Shown one piece after another: positions 12,742 to 25,854 of a stretch of DNA of 64,000 nt (within the stretch, counting starts at the first letter, position 1; the number at the start of each line of letters is the position of its first letter). Made by a program: the position numbers and the translations under genes. The DNA comes from Bigelowiella natans CCMP2755 (taxonomy: Eukaryota > Protista > Cercozoa). The notes below the pieces were generated by a model. It made no database searches. It was not told the origin of the DNA and worked only from the letters and a program-made list of their open reading frames with translations. Location of the stretch: assembly GCA_000320545.1 (NCBI GenBank), contig ADNK01000618.1:1-64000 (forward strand), in the 5' to 3' direction.

Positions 12742-15584
12742 ATGGCGACCTGCCGAGGCCCTGCTCAACTACCCGCATTCAAATGCCAAGCTTTTTGCTC
12801 CATCTTCTTTGCGGGCCTTATGATCTTGGGTTCCTCTCAGCCAGTAAGAATGCATTTCTTTTGCTCCATAAACTGAGGAAGCGAACTAATTGTCCGAATT
12901 CTAAGGTGGTGCCTCAGTCGCCAAACAGTGTATGTGCGGGACTACTGACGGAAGCTTTTCATGTCGAACAGGTCAGTCACAGAAATTTCATCCGTGAATT
13001 CGAATGTGTTTTGTAGGAAGCATTATGATTCGTCATACCTCATGTCTGTTTAAGTATCGCATTTACTTCGCTCTCTGTAGGGTAGTGACGAGGACCTCTT
13101 CTGGGATCTTGAATCTCAAGGTACGAGTAGAAGTGAGGATAGTAGCATTCATCGTATCCACGCTGCTAAATTCGTATGTAGGCTGCCTCAATGTTGGGTC
13201 TCTTTCGTTTCCCGTCATCAAGACTCGTAATCGTCGAGAAGCTAGGGGAAATGCTTTGCATTTTCTCATTTCCCTAGTCGCGGCCAGCTCTCAATATACG
13301 GCGGAGGAGATCCTAGAAATGAAGGAAGGCATGAATCTGGAAGAAGCAGCTCAAAATCTCCGTGGAGGGCTCTCACCTTCGGAATTGTCGAGATGTGGAA
13401 TGCAGGATATCCTCACCGTGTCACACAAGGCACTCGTGTGCTCATATAAGTAATGAGTTACTTAACTTATCTACAATGAGGCTGGCAAAAAAATTGCATT
13501 CAGATTTGGAATCCGTTATTTGTACGCTCATCTCCTCGCCTCTCCTTTCACAAACATACTATAACACTGGGAAATCGGGTCGAATACAATCATATATAAC
13601 CTATCGAAGAGCCTCTTGCGATGTACTCGCTCTACCACTATAGCGCTCTGCTTGTCGATCCTCATTTATTTGACAAATTCGTCTTTTACTTATTACTTTA
13701 ACCACTGTCAACTTCTAAGGTCGCGCGTCCTCAAGGCGATACGGACAATTTCAAGGCATGGAAGCTTCAGGGCTGTAATGATCAACGAAGAAGACTCTTT
13801 GGGTTATACACCGCTATCGCATGCGATCAGCGAGGGGATGGAATGGGTAGTACGTGAGCTTCTAGCTTACGGATCAGATCCGAACATTGGCCGCGACGTT
13901 TTGGGGAGAAGTGCCCTTCATGCTGCGTTGCATGACGATCATCTCTATCGGTGCGAATTTGTCGTTACTTTAGTGAGATCACGATGTAGTTAAGTGTGTT
14001 TTCTATTCCCAATACCTAGTGGCGGATTTGAAATACTGACTGCAATCTCATTCCTGCCCACTGAATACCGGTCTATATCTAGGTTGCTTCTCGCTCACGA
14101 TGCTGACATCAACTCACGTGACATGTTCGGTCGCACAGTTGCAGAGATAAGGGGACAGTCAAAAGGGGGGGCTTGTTTGTTCTCAGCTGCGGAAAGAGAA
14201 GCGAAACAGGGGGCGTGCGAAAATGAGCCAGAACACGGAGAAGACAACGATGATACATTGTCAAAGCATAACGACGCTCCCGTCCCTCAGCCACTAGAAG
14301 CTTCCTTTGGCTGGACAGCGGCTCTGGAGGGAAGTAGCTCTCGTGCGGCAATTAATCAAGGCTTCTGCAACATCGAGACGCGTCACATGTCTGAAATGTC
14401 GCCGACGATATTGATTCGAGACTTCATGTATACACAGAGACCCGTACTCATTCGTGCGGCGTACATTGATGATGAAGCTGGCTGGAGGCAACGTTTTCGT
14501 AGTATGTGGGGCAGAGACAAGTTTGTGGAGAAGTTTGGAGACTTGAAGAGTCAAGTCGGCAAAATTCCGTACGTGATGATAGCATGATTAAATTGAGCGT
14601 TCGTCTGAATGAATGGTTTATCTTGAGCACCGAAGAAATAATTAAAAGACAAAACAACATGAGTATGTATGCGTGTGGGTGTGGTTGTATGTTGGCTTCT
14701 ATTTGTTCCTATTCAAAACACACCAAAACACTTGCAAACACTGTGACAAACTGCCACTTCCCATGATTCTGTTATATCTTATTGGGAAAGGATGCCTCAA
14801 ATTGCTCTGTAATTATTACCTGCGTAGATATCCGGAGAAATTTGGATCTATTTTCCAGTATGAGACTAACATACGTGACTACGTCTCCGACACCATGCCC
14901 AACAACTTTTCACAAAACGGCAACGATGAGGATGTCAAAGGGCAGCGTGTAGATACGTTGGCAAAGGAAACAGAAGTGAAGTACCAGAGCCAGCAAGAAG
15001 GTGGAGCAAATACTAACCGATCTCGTCCCCCCTACTTCGTGCTCTCCGATGAGTGCGGGGAATGGGGCCTGATAAAGTCTGAAACTCAGCGGAAGGCCAC
15101 TCGCAACATAATGAGAGAGATACTCGACCAGTTTCCGCCGCTTTCTCGACATTTTCTAGCCTCTGCTTCAAGCTACTGTCTACAGCTCTTTCTAGGTCCG
15201 GATGGATCAGGGTCGCCAATTCACTTCCACCATCAAGCGTTCAACCTCGTCACATTTGGGGCTAAAAGATGGCGTTTCCTACCTCCATCGCACCGGATAT
15301 ATGACAAGGGGAGCTCGAGAGACTTCTGGAGGACAGTGAGCGACAAAAGGCAACATGAACTAGACGAAGCACGTTCCCAGAGCGAAAACGTCGGTAATCT
15401 TGATGAGGCAGGTGATGCCCATCGTCATCTTTACGATCTTGAGTGTGTCCAGAAAGAGGGAGACCTTTTGTACATTCCAGCGCGGTGGAGTCATAGCGTC
15501 GAAAATCTTGGTGACACCGCTTCGGTTGCGATGGAATTAATCATGAGGATGGAAGTCATCGCAAGCATTGCTGCAACTTTATGA
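12742..15584 (+). CDS. Secretory-pathway ankyrin-repeat plus JmjC/cupin (JMJD8-like) protein
   Basis: Signal-like first exon MATCRG...FCSIFFAGLMILGSSQP. Ankyrin repeats DSLGYTPLSHAISEG...LLAYGSDPN and GRSALHAA...LLLAHDADINSRDMFGRT. JmjC core LFLGPDGSGSPIHFHHQAFNLVTFGAKRWRFLPP...QKEGDLLYIPARWSHSVEN. Confidence 0.88.
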
Positions 15585-16024
15585 CTTACTGCTGCCGTAG
15601 CAGACATGAAAGCGGCAGGCACATGGCCATGTACGTAATAAGTCATATCCTATCACGCATGATCAGTCGCGCTATGCAAAATTTTATTGTCACAATGATC
15701 GTGCGTAGCAGCAACTCTATAGCTAGGCCGATCAAGCAAATAAGATGCGTAGTTAGTAAGTAATCTCGCTCACAGCCACCATCACTAACTAGCACCCTTT
15801 GGTAGTACTCCAAGCTACGCGCGCTGGCAGCGCATGAGCCTATTGTGCCGCAAACTGTGCGCGCTGAACTTAAATTTACAAACCACAAATGGAACTATGA
15901 AGCTCGCAATCACATAGATGAGCCTATATATCTTAGTTTCTCAACTGTAACATCAATCAGAAGTTCTTTAACCGCAACCACAAGATGATTCTGATGACTA
16001 TAAAGCATCCCCGAGTGGTCACTC

Positions 16025-17800
16025 TTATGGGTTCAAAGCTCCAAGCCGCGACACCAAAATCGAATTGATCTTTTCACTATCGTCAAGCGCATTCGTCATA
16101 AGGGTGGAGTATTGTGTCTCTCGCTTATTGCTCGCGATGAATTCGTTGAGCTGGTGCACGCTCTGGGCGTAAGCGCTCAGTTTCTTCTCCAGATTTTCTA
16201 TCTTTTTGTTCAGATCTGAATTCCTAAGCATTGTCGCCCTGCGACCTAGAGGCGCGGAGATAACTTCGAGAAGCTTTCGCATTGCATCAGCTTGCTGCTT
16301 CGTTGCCTCGCGTGCCAAGAGTAGATCGCGCTTTTCTCTTTTAGCCTCCTCCTGGAGCTGCTCGGGGTCCCGAAATGTCTGCATTTCTTCCAGCATCTGG
16401 CCTCTCTTCGCAGTGAGGGATTTTACTTCCATCCCAATCTTGTCTGAAAGCGTCTCGATCTTCTTGAGCTCCTTTTTCCGCTTCTCGAGGTCAGCTTTGG
16501 CACGTGTGAGCGTGTCCTGGGACAGCTCGTTCTGTTTTTCTTTAAAGCTCAGTTCCTGCTTGATTGCATTCATGTCCTCTGCCTTTCCTCCCTTGAGCGA
16601 ACCCTCCCACTCCATTCCTTTCCCCATGTGGGCCATAATCATAACAGTCATATCTTGATGTCGTGAGATTTCCTTCTTCACTTGGGCTTTTTGGGTCGGA
16701 TACGATTCGATAAAGCTGGTTATTTTTGAGTCGCGCTCATACAGCTGTTCATATTTTGCCGATTTCTCTTTCATCGTTTTTGCATTTTCCAAGTCTCTCC
16801 TAGTTTTGTCGAGGTTATCCTCTGCCTGCATCACCTCTTTCTGCGTTTTTTTCTTCGAACGCTTGAGGCTCGCAATCTCCGCATTAATAGTTTTGACTTT
16901 CTTCAGCAACTTTTGCTTTATTTCCTCTGGTGTGAGCTTAAGACGATCTTCCTCCATTAATTCATCCTCTTTGGCCTTCAGAGCTACCAAGCGCTTTTTC
17001 AGCTGCATGCCTCTTTCATGGCGTTTGTATTCAGCACTTCTGAGCTTTGTCTGCAGCTGCTCTATCTGTCTGTCAAGCCCATCCAGATATTCCTCCTTCT
17101 CTTCGATCTTGCTCTTGTAATCATTATTCATCCTGCTGAGAGCGTCGTAGTCTTCCTGGAAGTTTGGCCCAAGTTTATCCATTTGCTCTACAGCCTTTTG
17201 GTGGATCTCCTGAATCTCGGCTTCCATCTTGGCGGTATCTTCAGCGCATTTCTTGCTCTCGATGAATAGAGCGTCGATCTGGCGTCGATCTCGTTCGTTA
17301 TCAAATTTCAATTGATCGTGCGTATCACGGATTTCGCCGACGTCCGTGTTGGTCCGCAGTTTGTCGAGTGCGAGGTTGAAATCAGCCAACCTCCCCTCCA
17401 AGGCGCGGACCTCTTTAATCGTATCTTCGTAGCGCCGTTCCATATGCGTTTGACTCTGGTTGTCGTTGTTATGCCGAACGATTTCGTCCTGCATTGATTT
17501 GATCTCCTTGCTAATCTCGGTGACTTTGTCCCTGAGAATCTTGAGCCAGTAGGACTTATCCGCGATCTGGCGAGAGGGCCCCAGCGGGCGAGTCTGCATT
17601 CCTGAAAGACCCTGTGACGTCACAGGACGATGGGAAATTTTCACATCAGTGTTGAGACCGATGGAAGGAGGCATGCCCCCTTGTCCGTTCTGAGTTCCCA
17701 TCTGTGTGCCTGAGCCGCGTTTGGTGCCTGGACGACCTCTGGAGGCCATAACTGAAAATTGCTGGGGCATTCCCTGTGATGGAGTCGATGGTCTACGCAT
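16025..17800 (-). CDS. IFT74: Intraflagellar transport protein 74/72
   Basis: 591-aa uninterrupted ORF. Basic N-terminus with RPGT...IGLNTDVKISHRPVTSQGLSGMQTRPLGPSRQIADKSYW and EGRLADFNLALDK, followed by a long coiled coil. A probable 5'UTR exon ends at a GTAAGT donor near 18172. Confidence 0.92.
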   Translation of the reverse strand: MRRPSTPSQGMPQQFSVMASRGRPGTKRGSGTQMGTQNGQGGMPPSIGLNTDVKISHRPVTSQGLSGMQTRPLGPSRQIADKSYWLKILRDKVTEISKEIKSMQDEIVRHNNDNQSQTHMERRYEDTIKEVRALEGRLADFNLALDKLRTNTDVGEIRDTHDQLKFDNERDRRQIDALFIESKKCAEDTAKMEAEIQEIHQKAVEQMDKLGPNFQEDYDALSRMNNDYKSKIEEKEEYLDGLDRQIEQLQTKLRSAEYKRHERGMQLKKRLVALKAKEDELMEEDRLKLTPEEIKQKLLKKVKTINAEIASLKRSKKKTQKEVMQAEDNLDKTRRDLENAKTMKEKSAKYEQLYERDSKITSFIESYPTQKAQVKKEISRHQDMTVMIMAHMGKGMEWEGSLKGGKAEDMNAIKQELSFKEKQNELSQDTLTRAKADLEKRKKELKKIETLSDKIGMEVKSLTAKRGQMLEEMQTFRDPEQLQEEAKREKRDLLLAREATKQQADAMRKLLEVISAPLGRRATMLRNSDLNKKIENLEKKLSAYAQSVHQLNEFIASNKRETQYSTLMTNALDDSEKINSILVSRLGALNP

Positions 17801-18040
17801 TCAACAAAATCACGAGAAGAGAGAAAGAAAGACACAAATCTTGGTGGAAGGAAGTGCTGTAAGGGCCTCCTCTTCCCTCCTATGCGTCGTCCTACTGCTT
17901 GCCTCCTGAGTGGAAGAAGATGGAAACAAATTAGTCTACTTTAATAATTCAATGATATTATAATCATCACATCTCCCTTAGATCACTCTTGATAAAGTTT
18001 TACACATGCAGATAAAGTTTTTTCCATTCGACAATCCAGA

Positions 18041-18071
<31 letters not shown>

Positions 18072-18644
18072 AAGTTTTGTATACGAAAGTAGATAACAAA
18101 ATTAGGGTGCTGTACTATTAACCAATGACAAAGGGAGTATAAGAGCATTCTGCTGATTAATTCATCACTTACGTGATCTGAGACTGAGACAGAGCGGGCG
18201 CGGGAAGGGCTACTCGTGGATAGAGCAACTGACTACTTGGGGGGAAGCTGAATCGGAAACGCTTTTCGTTCTTGCTTTTTGCTATCTTCGCCTCGATTCT
18301 TCTGCAAAATGGCCACTTTCTACCCTAAAACACTGTAAAATCGACTGCGTTCTCACAGAAAAAGCGGGATTTTCTGCACTGATTGCTCTGAGCTGTTGGA
18401 AAACGAATTGGGCCGAGAAGGCTCTCAGGATTCATATCTAGCAATAATGTGTTCCATTTTCTCATTGCGACATGAATACGGGTGGGATACAGGTACGAAC
18501 TGGGTGTGTGCGACTCATGAAGATGCGACAATTGATTGATGCAATATTTTGAACAGAACGCGTGTCGTTTTTGATTCGTCAGATCGGCTGATGCTGACCG
18601 CATACCATCGGCAGTGATCGTATTTGTTAAAACACTTCTAAGCG

Positions 18645-19180
18645 ATGGGTTCCTTCGCAAAGAAGCTAGGGCAACTCGCCACTCGCTCCTTGGAGACGGA
18701 ATCCGCGAAAATTTTACGGACAACGAGAGCTAACAAGGTGAAGAGCAGCGTCCTCCAGAATCCCTCCCCCCCCCCTCATGCTTTAAATGTTTCGGGATAA
18801 TACAGATACAAGGGTCACTTGCCTATGCATTGGATCAAACGCTTCAGGAAGGTCACGATATGCACGCCTTCGGCCTCGGAACGTAATAAGTATCCTCCTC
18901 CCCCAAAATTGTATCGATTTTCCCATACAATATTCACACAACCACACACACACAAGATAGTGAAGGGATAAGAAAAAAGAAGAAGATTACGATTGTGAGA
19001 AAGTTTGACAAGACCCTAAATTCGTTCGAAGGCTGCTCATCGAAAATACTTGAAATCAATTGGCAGCTGTGCATCCCTTGGGTCACGACAACGCTACGCT
19101 CGATTTACAGCGTCTATGTACATGGTGTACTCGACCATGGAGGAGCAATTTGACATGACAAGTATGAAAAAACGATCAAC

Positions 19181-19225
<45 letters not shown>

Positions 19226-20221
19226 GTCGTGGTGATGGTGGCTATGATGACGATTATAACAATAAGATGATGATGGTGATAGTGGTGTTGATCGAAGCGA
19301 CGATGATTATGATTTGAATGCACCAGCTGAATTTTCTGTTGTTCATTTGTTTGCTGTGATATACGTTCCAGGCGGCTCGTCTTCTTGTTGTGCAACGGTG
19401 TGGGGTAAATATGGGAAAATCCTTCGAAGAGCACCAAAACTTAAAGCAGACCTGATGGACGTTCTTGAAGATAGAAACTGCGAAAATACGAAAGATGGGG
19501 AAATCAAATCCCACATCTACGCTAATGATAACATCTTAAACGTAAGTAGCGATGAAAAATGCACCCTGACTTCCAAATCATATTAAAAGGAGGGACTATG
19601 CACAGTGATGCCTTCGATGACGCTTTTTTTAGAAACTAAAACACAATCTCATCTTCTGACGACAGTGCAAGCTTGTCAAACATTGAGCGGTAGCTATCCC
19701 CGCATGATGCTCAGAATACGTTCTCCTAATACCAGGTATCACCAGCCACGCGCAGCTACGTGGAGGGCATACGGGAAGCGGGGGAATCAGATCGAAGGAG
19801 AGGGGGCGGTCGGCTGCTAGGGCACTTGTACTGTAGATACTTTGCTGACCTATTCGGGGGACAGATGCTTGGGGAACCCACACGATTGGCTCTTTCACTT
19901 CCACTTCAAACGCCAAGGCACTACCGATTTCAAATCGGGGAGTTAGATGGACCGGAGGTGGAGGAGGGCAAGGGAAGCGTGGCAGTGCACAGTAGAGGAG
20001 AGTTGATAGAATCTCTTTATGAAGCCCTGAATGATTCTGGGAGAGAGCTCGAGGACGACGATTTTAAGGCAGTAGTTGACGAGGCTTTACGTGCGTTTGA
20101 ATTCAATAAAGCTGTTTATACCGAGGATTCACCTCTGCTGCTTGCGGCAGTGAGTGGAGTTGCAAACGTGACCGCTGGGTTTCTTAGGGATGGCTTCCGT
20201 ACTTCTTCCTCAAAACTGTAG
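18645..20221 (+). CDS. Heme oxygenase family protein (multi-exon)
   Basis: LLGHLYCRYFADLFGGQMLG matches the HO distal helix (HAYTRYLGDLSGGQ). Also YMVYSTMEE, ILRRAPKLKADL, SPATRSYVEGIR and VVDEALRAFEFN, with a candidate proximal His in LQEGHDMH. Confidence 0.88.
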
Positions 20222-20932
20222 TCAAATAATCATAATTCTTTTGTGTAGCACAACAATGTAGATAAGCCAGCAAATACGCTGCAGACCTAATGTGGCCCGG
20301 CAATGCGAAACTTATGTATACTCTCTGAAACGATTATTATGTCGTAGGTAGCGCAATAGCACAGTATAATTTGAACACTCTTGTTTCATGTGTGCGCTGC
20401 TATCATACATGCTATCGATCGCGTATGTGCTGTGAACGCATAGCCGTACACATGACAGCGCACACACAAACATGTGCGTGTAGCATAAGAAATCAATCAT
20501 TGTTGATCATGACTTAAGCCCGCGCGGTATAATGGCATTGCTATGCTTGTTGCACGGTATATGTATACCAACACTTAGCGCCAACGCCGCCATGACCATA
20601 TCTAGAGCCTGCACAATGTTACGCCACAAATACATCACGAATGGCAGTACTAAGCTTTCGCATTGTGGATTAATATGTTTGTTCTCATTGTCCGCTGCGC
20701 ACTTGCGGATCGCAACAGCCACTCAATGTACTTAGTAAGTAGTAATCGCGCTATCTTAGAGCGGCTGGCGGCTTATACATGTTAAACTGTATAAGGCAGA
20801 TACGCAGACTCATGGAGATCTTAGAGAACTGCATTGAGGACACCTTAAAGCACAACCCAGATCATTGCGAATGCTTGTATTCGTATCTGCTACGGCTACT
20901 AGTCCTACTACACGTGGTCCGTGCAGTTCATC

Positions 20933-23900
20933 CTACTTGTTCTGTTCAGATTTCGTGCGTCGCTTCTTGATTTGGGGGCCTCCTGCTCCATTCATACTAG
21001 AATTCTTTCCACCATTTCCACTTCTCTTCGTCTTCTTCTTCTTCTTCTTCTTCTTCTTGTTTCGCCGTTTATTTTGAGAGTGCGCTAGGTTGTGCTTTGT
21101 TCCGTCGTTGATGTATTTGTAGGAGCTATTCCTCGAGCATACTTCAGAGAGACTTCGTCCATTGTGGAGCAGCAGCGAAGCTCGGATCATTTCTCTGCGA
21201 ATCCTGTGAGAGTATAATGATATGTGCAGGTGTAGCATCTGTGCTGCTGCATGCATGTGCCTTCGATTTTCTCATTTCTCACCCTCTTGTGTGTGTGTGT
21301 GTGTGTGTGTGTGATTTTCGCAGTATCAATGATGACGTGGCGCGTGAGTGTGTAATAAGCTTTGACCTCCTTTTCATCGCCATGGTGATGTTGCGAGCTG
21401 GGTTGTCTTCCGAGTCTACAGGATCCACAATGTGCAAGGGGGGTACCGTTGAAGAAGAGGAAAGGTTGGTGTTATTTAACGAGGGGGGAAATTGAGGTGT
21501 GGAACTCCTCCTCCCTTGAGGCCTCATCTCCTCCTCTTTTTCCGTCCTGCTTTTGGAGGAAGAGGCCACGGCAGTTCCAGACCCCATCACACCCGCATTA
21601 ATTTCATTCCTCTTCTCATCCTCCTCCTCCATTTCCCCCTTATTTTCCGTTTCCATGCCTTCGGCATCGAAATGATCTTTCTCTTTGTCTTCGTCGTCGC
21701 GTCTTTCCTCCTGATTCTCATCCTCCTCCTCCTTCTTCTTCTGCTGCTCTTCGTCCTCATTCTCGTCGTCGAGTGCAAGTCTTATCCTCTTTGCAAACTC
21801 TCTACTGCCCACGCACCCATAGAAGCGAAAGAAGCCATATAAGTCAATTGTTGCACGGGGTGAGGGGGGGTATAAGCTCTCAGCGGATATCGGTTTGCCC
21901 GTGCTTGCAACGTTGGCGTTCTGATGGGGAAGCTCCTCTTTCTCTTTCTTCCTTCTCATTCTTAGCTGTCGCCGGTTTTGGAGAAATGCAAGAACTAGGA
22001 TTGTGATAGCAAATGAATTGAGGCTGCTGATGAGATTAAGGTGGCGCTGCTGATGACGGTGATGAGGTAGTGGCGACGACGAGGAAGAGGGAGAAGAATG
22101 ATGCTTTTTCTCTCTTGCTGAGGATGACAACAACGATGAAGATGAAGACGACGCAGCTGATATACCCCGGGATGACGCCCACTCGCGTACGATGTTGATC
22201 TAAAAATAGAAAGAGTTTCTTCGTCATCAATTGTGCAGCAGCTACAGCGACAAGGAAATCACTTCATTACTGGCAACACAAAGGGTAGATGGAAGGAGAA
22301 GATGCATAATAGATGTAGTTATCTCTCTTTAGTTAGAAGCTACCATTGGCCGGGCGAGCGCATGTCTGTCCAACATCTTTCGTATAATGGCTGCCTTGCG
22401 CAAGTTCTTGGCATCTTGGAGACTCACCTCACAGAGTATCTCCCTCCCCCTGCTACTGCCGCTAACACTATTACTAGTGCCACTACTTTTACTACTACTA
22501 CTATTACTACTACTACTACTACTGCCGTTACTACTAATAGCGACGCTACTACCGCTACTACTAATATTGTTACTAATATTACGACCACGCGAATTAGGAG
22601 CTGTAACAATGCTTTCCTTCTTATTTTTCTTTTTCTCCTCTTCTTCTACTACTGTTCTCGGCCTCCTCCTCTCCCCTGTTCCTCTTGTATCTTTGGCCAG
22701 AAGTGTCGCCGCGAGTGCCGCCCCATCAAAGGCAACCCGAACGATTGGCACGCGAGGCGTTAGCAGCGTCTCCACCTTTTTAAGAATTCTCTTCCTCCCA
22801 CCTCTTCCTCCTCCTCCCCCTTCTTCGTCTTCTTCTTCTCGAAGAGAGCGGGCTAGCTTGGGAAGGAAAAACATTGGGGTCACTGGAAAAGGTGATACTG
22901 ACAACGATGAAGACGGCGGCTGTAGTAATTCCGGCTGCCCTAGTGGCCTCCTCTCCTCTTCTCCTCCTCCACTCTTGGCAACCATTGAGGGAGTCAATAT
23001 GAGAATGTCGATATCGCTACTATCCTTGCTTAGTCCTGTTGCAAACGATCTGGAAGCAGCGAGGGAGGGAGGGGGAGAAGAATAGCTCATCACCATCAGC
23101 ATAATTCTGATAATTATCATCATTCATATGATTTTGAATAACTACACTAGCTCTTCATCAATGCAGCAGCAACTTTTCGTTATGGTCGTGATGATCAACA
23201 CCACCACCACCACCACCACCACCACCGTACACACCCGAATGGACAACAACGCGCCGTTCCGTCTGAGAGTGCGTCTACATGTCTTTGGATATGCAATACG
23301 ACTCCTTTGCGGAGATCACAGCCGGCTTCGCTAAGTTTGACCGCATTCCTACGGATAACGACATTTAAGCATGATGATTCTATGAATTGGCGAACTCTTC
23401 AAAGGGGCGAAGTTTGATTCGTAAGACAGTAAATGATCGCCTGTGACTCTAATCCTGCGACACGCAACTGATACATATGACAAACCCCTCGGTATAATTC
23501 TCGCTATATTATATCATCAACACCATCATCATGAGGGCGTGATGAGCTAGAATTGACGCGAAATTCTTCTTCACGCACACAACCTCCCTATATCCCCCCC
23601 CCCTGTCCGAATGATATGCAACTAAGGCACGCCTACTACCAAAAGATAATAGCGTCTTTGGTGGTACTCTTCGCACAACTTGAGCGTAATTCATCTTGAT
23701 GCCGACTGCTGCTACTGCTTCTTGTGGCAGGGAGGTTATAGCCATGCTCTTCCATTATCATTGCTCTCGCCAAATAGTCTTCGAAATCCTCATATTGGTT
23801 GATTGCTCTGCAGATCATTTGCTTTGTAATGCTAGCGTTGTCCTGCAGCTCAGCCTCCATCACGTCGTCGGTGTGCTCTTCTTTCATCGCAAGAACTTCG

Positions 23901-24330
23901 TCATTCCCAGCCTTTCCCCAAACTTCCAACACCTCGTACATGCAGTCAAGCTGCCGCTTTAATGACTGGTATATGGTCAAATGATCGGCAGCAGCAGTGC
24001 TCATGCTCTTCGCAGGTTCGGGGCCATGCCTTGGCCAAGACAACTGCTGACGACTTAAGAATGAAGATGATAATAATGATGGTGGTGGTGGTGATGATGA
24101 TGATGATGATTGTGCTGCCTGTAACTGCTGCTTCTTCGTGTTGAGAGAAACGGGAGCTGTGGCGATTGCTCCTGCTGCTCGATCTTCAATGCTATCATTG
24201 GTACTAGAGCCAATTGCAATCCCTTCTTCTTCTCGTTTTCCTTCTTTTTCTTTTTCTTTTTCCTTTTCTTCTTCTTCTTCTAGTCCATCCCACTTCTTCC
24301 CACCGAATCGCAAGAGTTGCCGCAGAACTG
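20933..24330 (-). CDS. Non-canonical poly(A) polymerase / terminal nucleotidyltransferase (Cid1/Trf4/TUTase family)
   Basis: CPFG|SFATGLSKDSSDIDIL (GS-DxD), TPRVPIVRV, CEVSL, SLNSFAITILVLAFLQ, DLYGFFRFYG and PLHIVDPVDSEDNPARNI (PAP-associated domain), with a basic Lys-rich tail. 5' end unresolved. Confidence 0.88.
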
Positions 24331-24786
24331 ATTTAACAATACGGAGTCATTTTTTCGTAAGTATCCTAATCCATAGCATTGAGAATAATTGCTGTGTTGT
24401 TGCATCATCACGCATGGGTCCACACAATATTCTCTCTTAGGCATATATCACTGGTCTCTAATCTTACATAATCTTTCAGTTTTGTGTTTTGTGTATATTG
24501 TACCTTCTGATGCGACGAATATAGCGTCGCAGCAACATCTGGCAACAGTGTCTGACACAGAAAGTTTTACTTCCCTCCCGTCTTCCTCTGCTTTGCTTAT
24601 GGTGGATTTTCTTTGAGGCGATGAGGGGGAGATATATTTTTGCAAAACTTCACTCGCCCTCACGTAGGTTCTACATATAGTCGTAACATAATGTATTTGA
24701 GATGTAAATAACAAAGCTAGCAAAACACAGCTGTCTCGTGATTACATACCGCACTTATCTATTTACTACACGTGGTTTGAAAGACA

Positions 24787-25554
24787 TTAGAGGTCGTACG
24801 AGGTTGCTGCCTTTATTTTTTTCTTCGGTAGAAGGCCGGGCATTAATTTCCTTTGCTTGACATGGTCATTCGTATCACCGCCCCCCCCCGATTGGTGGTG
24901 AGGCAGCTTTTGGATTTTCTCCAGTATCTAGATATTACGAGATAATTTAGTAAATCAGAGAATAATGCCCGTCTCTTTTGAAGCAACGCCTTCGATTAGT
25001 CCAGATATCACCTGCTTCATGCTCTTATGCGCGCTCTTCATTGCCTGAATGCAATCCTGCAATGTAATTTGGGGAGTCATTGCAATGGGTGTTGAATTCG
25101 ACGGCCTTGTCCCCTCCCCCAACGCCTGTGTATGACTGGAAAAGGTTCCACTGCTGTAATGGCGCCCATAATGCCGATCCACAGTAACCTCGGCCTCCAA
25201 GGCCCTGACGAAAGTGCGAAGGCTAGAGGAGAAGGAATATGGAGAAATTAAGTGGCATTTCGATCCTTACCTTTTAGACAATGTTGTCCCGTGAAGCATT
25301 TTGGCCGCCTCTTCGGCGACATTTCGCGAAGAGCCAAATCCGAGGAAGCCGGAACCCTTAGACCTTCCGGTGCGAGCGTCCTTAATGACATACGCAAATT
25401 GCAGGGCCGAGACGACGCCATGTGAAAGCCGATCAGTCGCTAAATTGAGCAAATCGCCATCATCGAGGGCAAAGGGGAGGTTCTTAATCAGAAGCCAGTG
25501 CAGACGGGACTTTATGACGCCCTCCTCGAGTGCAGAGGAAGGGGCTTCAGCCAT
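24787..25554 (-). CDS. RRM-domain RNA-binding protein
   Basis: LLIKNLPF (RNP2) and IKDARTGRSKGSGFLGF (RNP1). Spliced 3' exons end KKKIKAATSYDL*. Confidence 0.8.
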
Positions 25555-25854
25555 GCGACGTGGGCAGCTCGGAAACCGAGCTGTGAGATCTCAGAAATAC
25601 TTGAGACAATGGTCGTGATTTTGTAGTTGCGACAAGCCAATATTAAGGTTTTTCCTGATTCCCCCGTATGTCCTCCTGTTTTTGCCCCAAAATGGAAGAA
25701 AAGCAGGTTGCTCAGAGCGAAACCCATAAATTCGATCTCATCATTTGGAACCTAGGCAACTCGACAAGCGGGAAACTACCACTTAAAAAAGGGTTCATTA
25801 CAAAATAAATGTGGATCTAAGAATCTTATTTTCAACTTGTGGACGATCCGATCC

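Noticed and set aside
16206-17497. Plus-strand ORFs overlapping IFT74
   Set aside because: Antisense shadows of a coiled-coil CDS.
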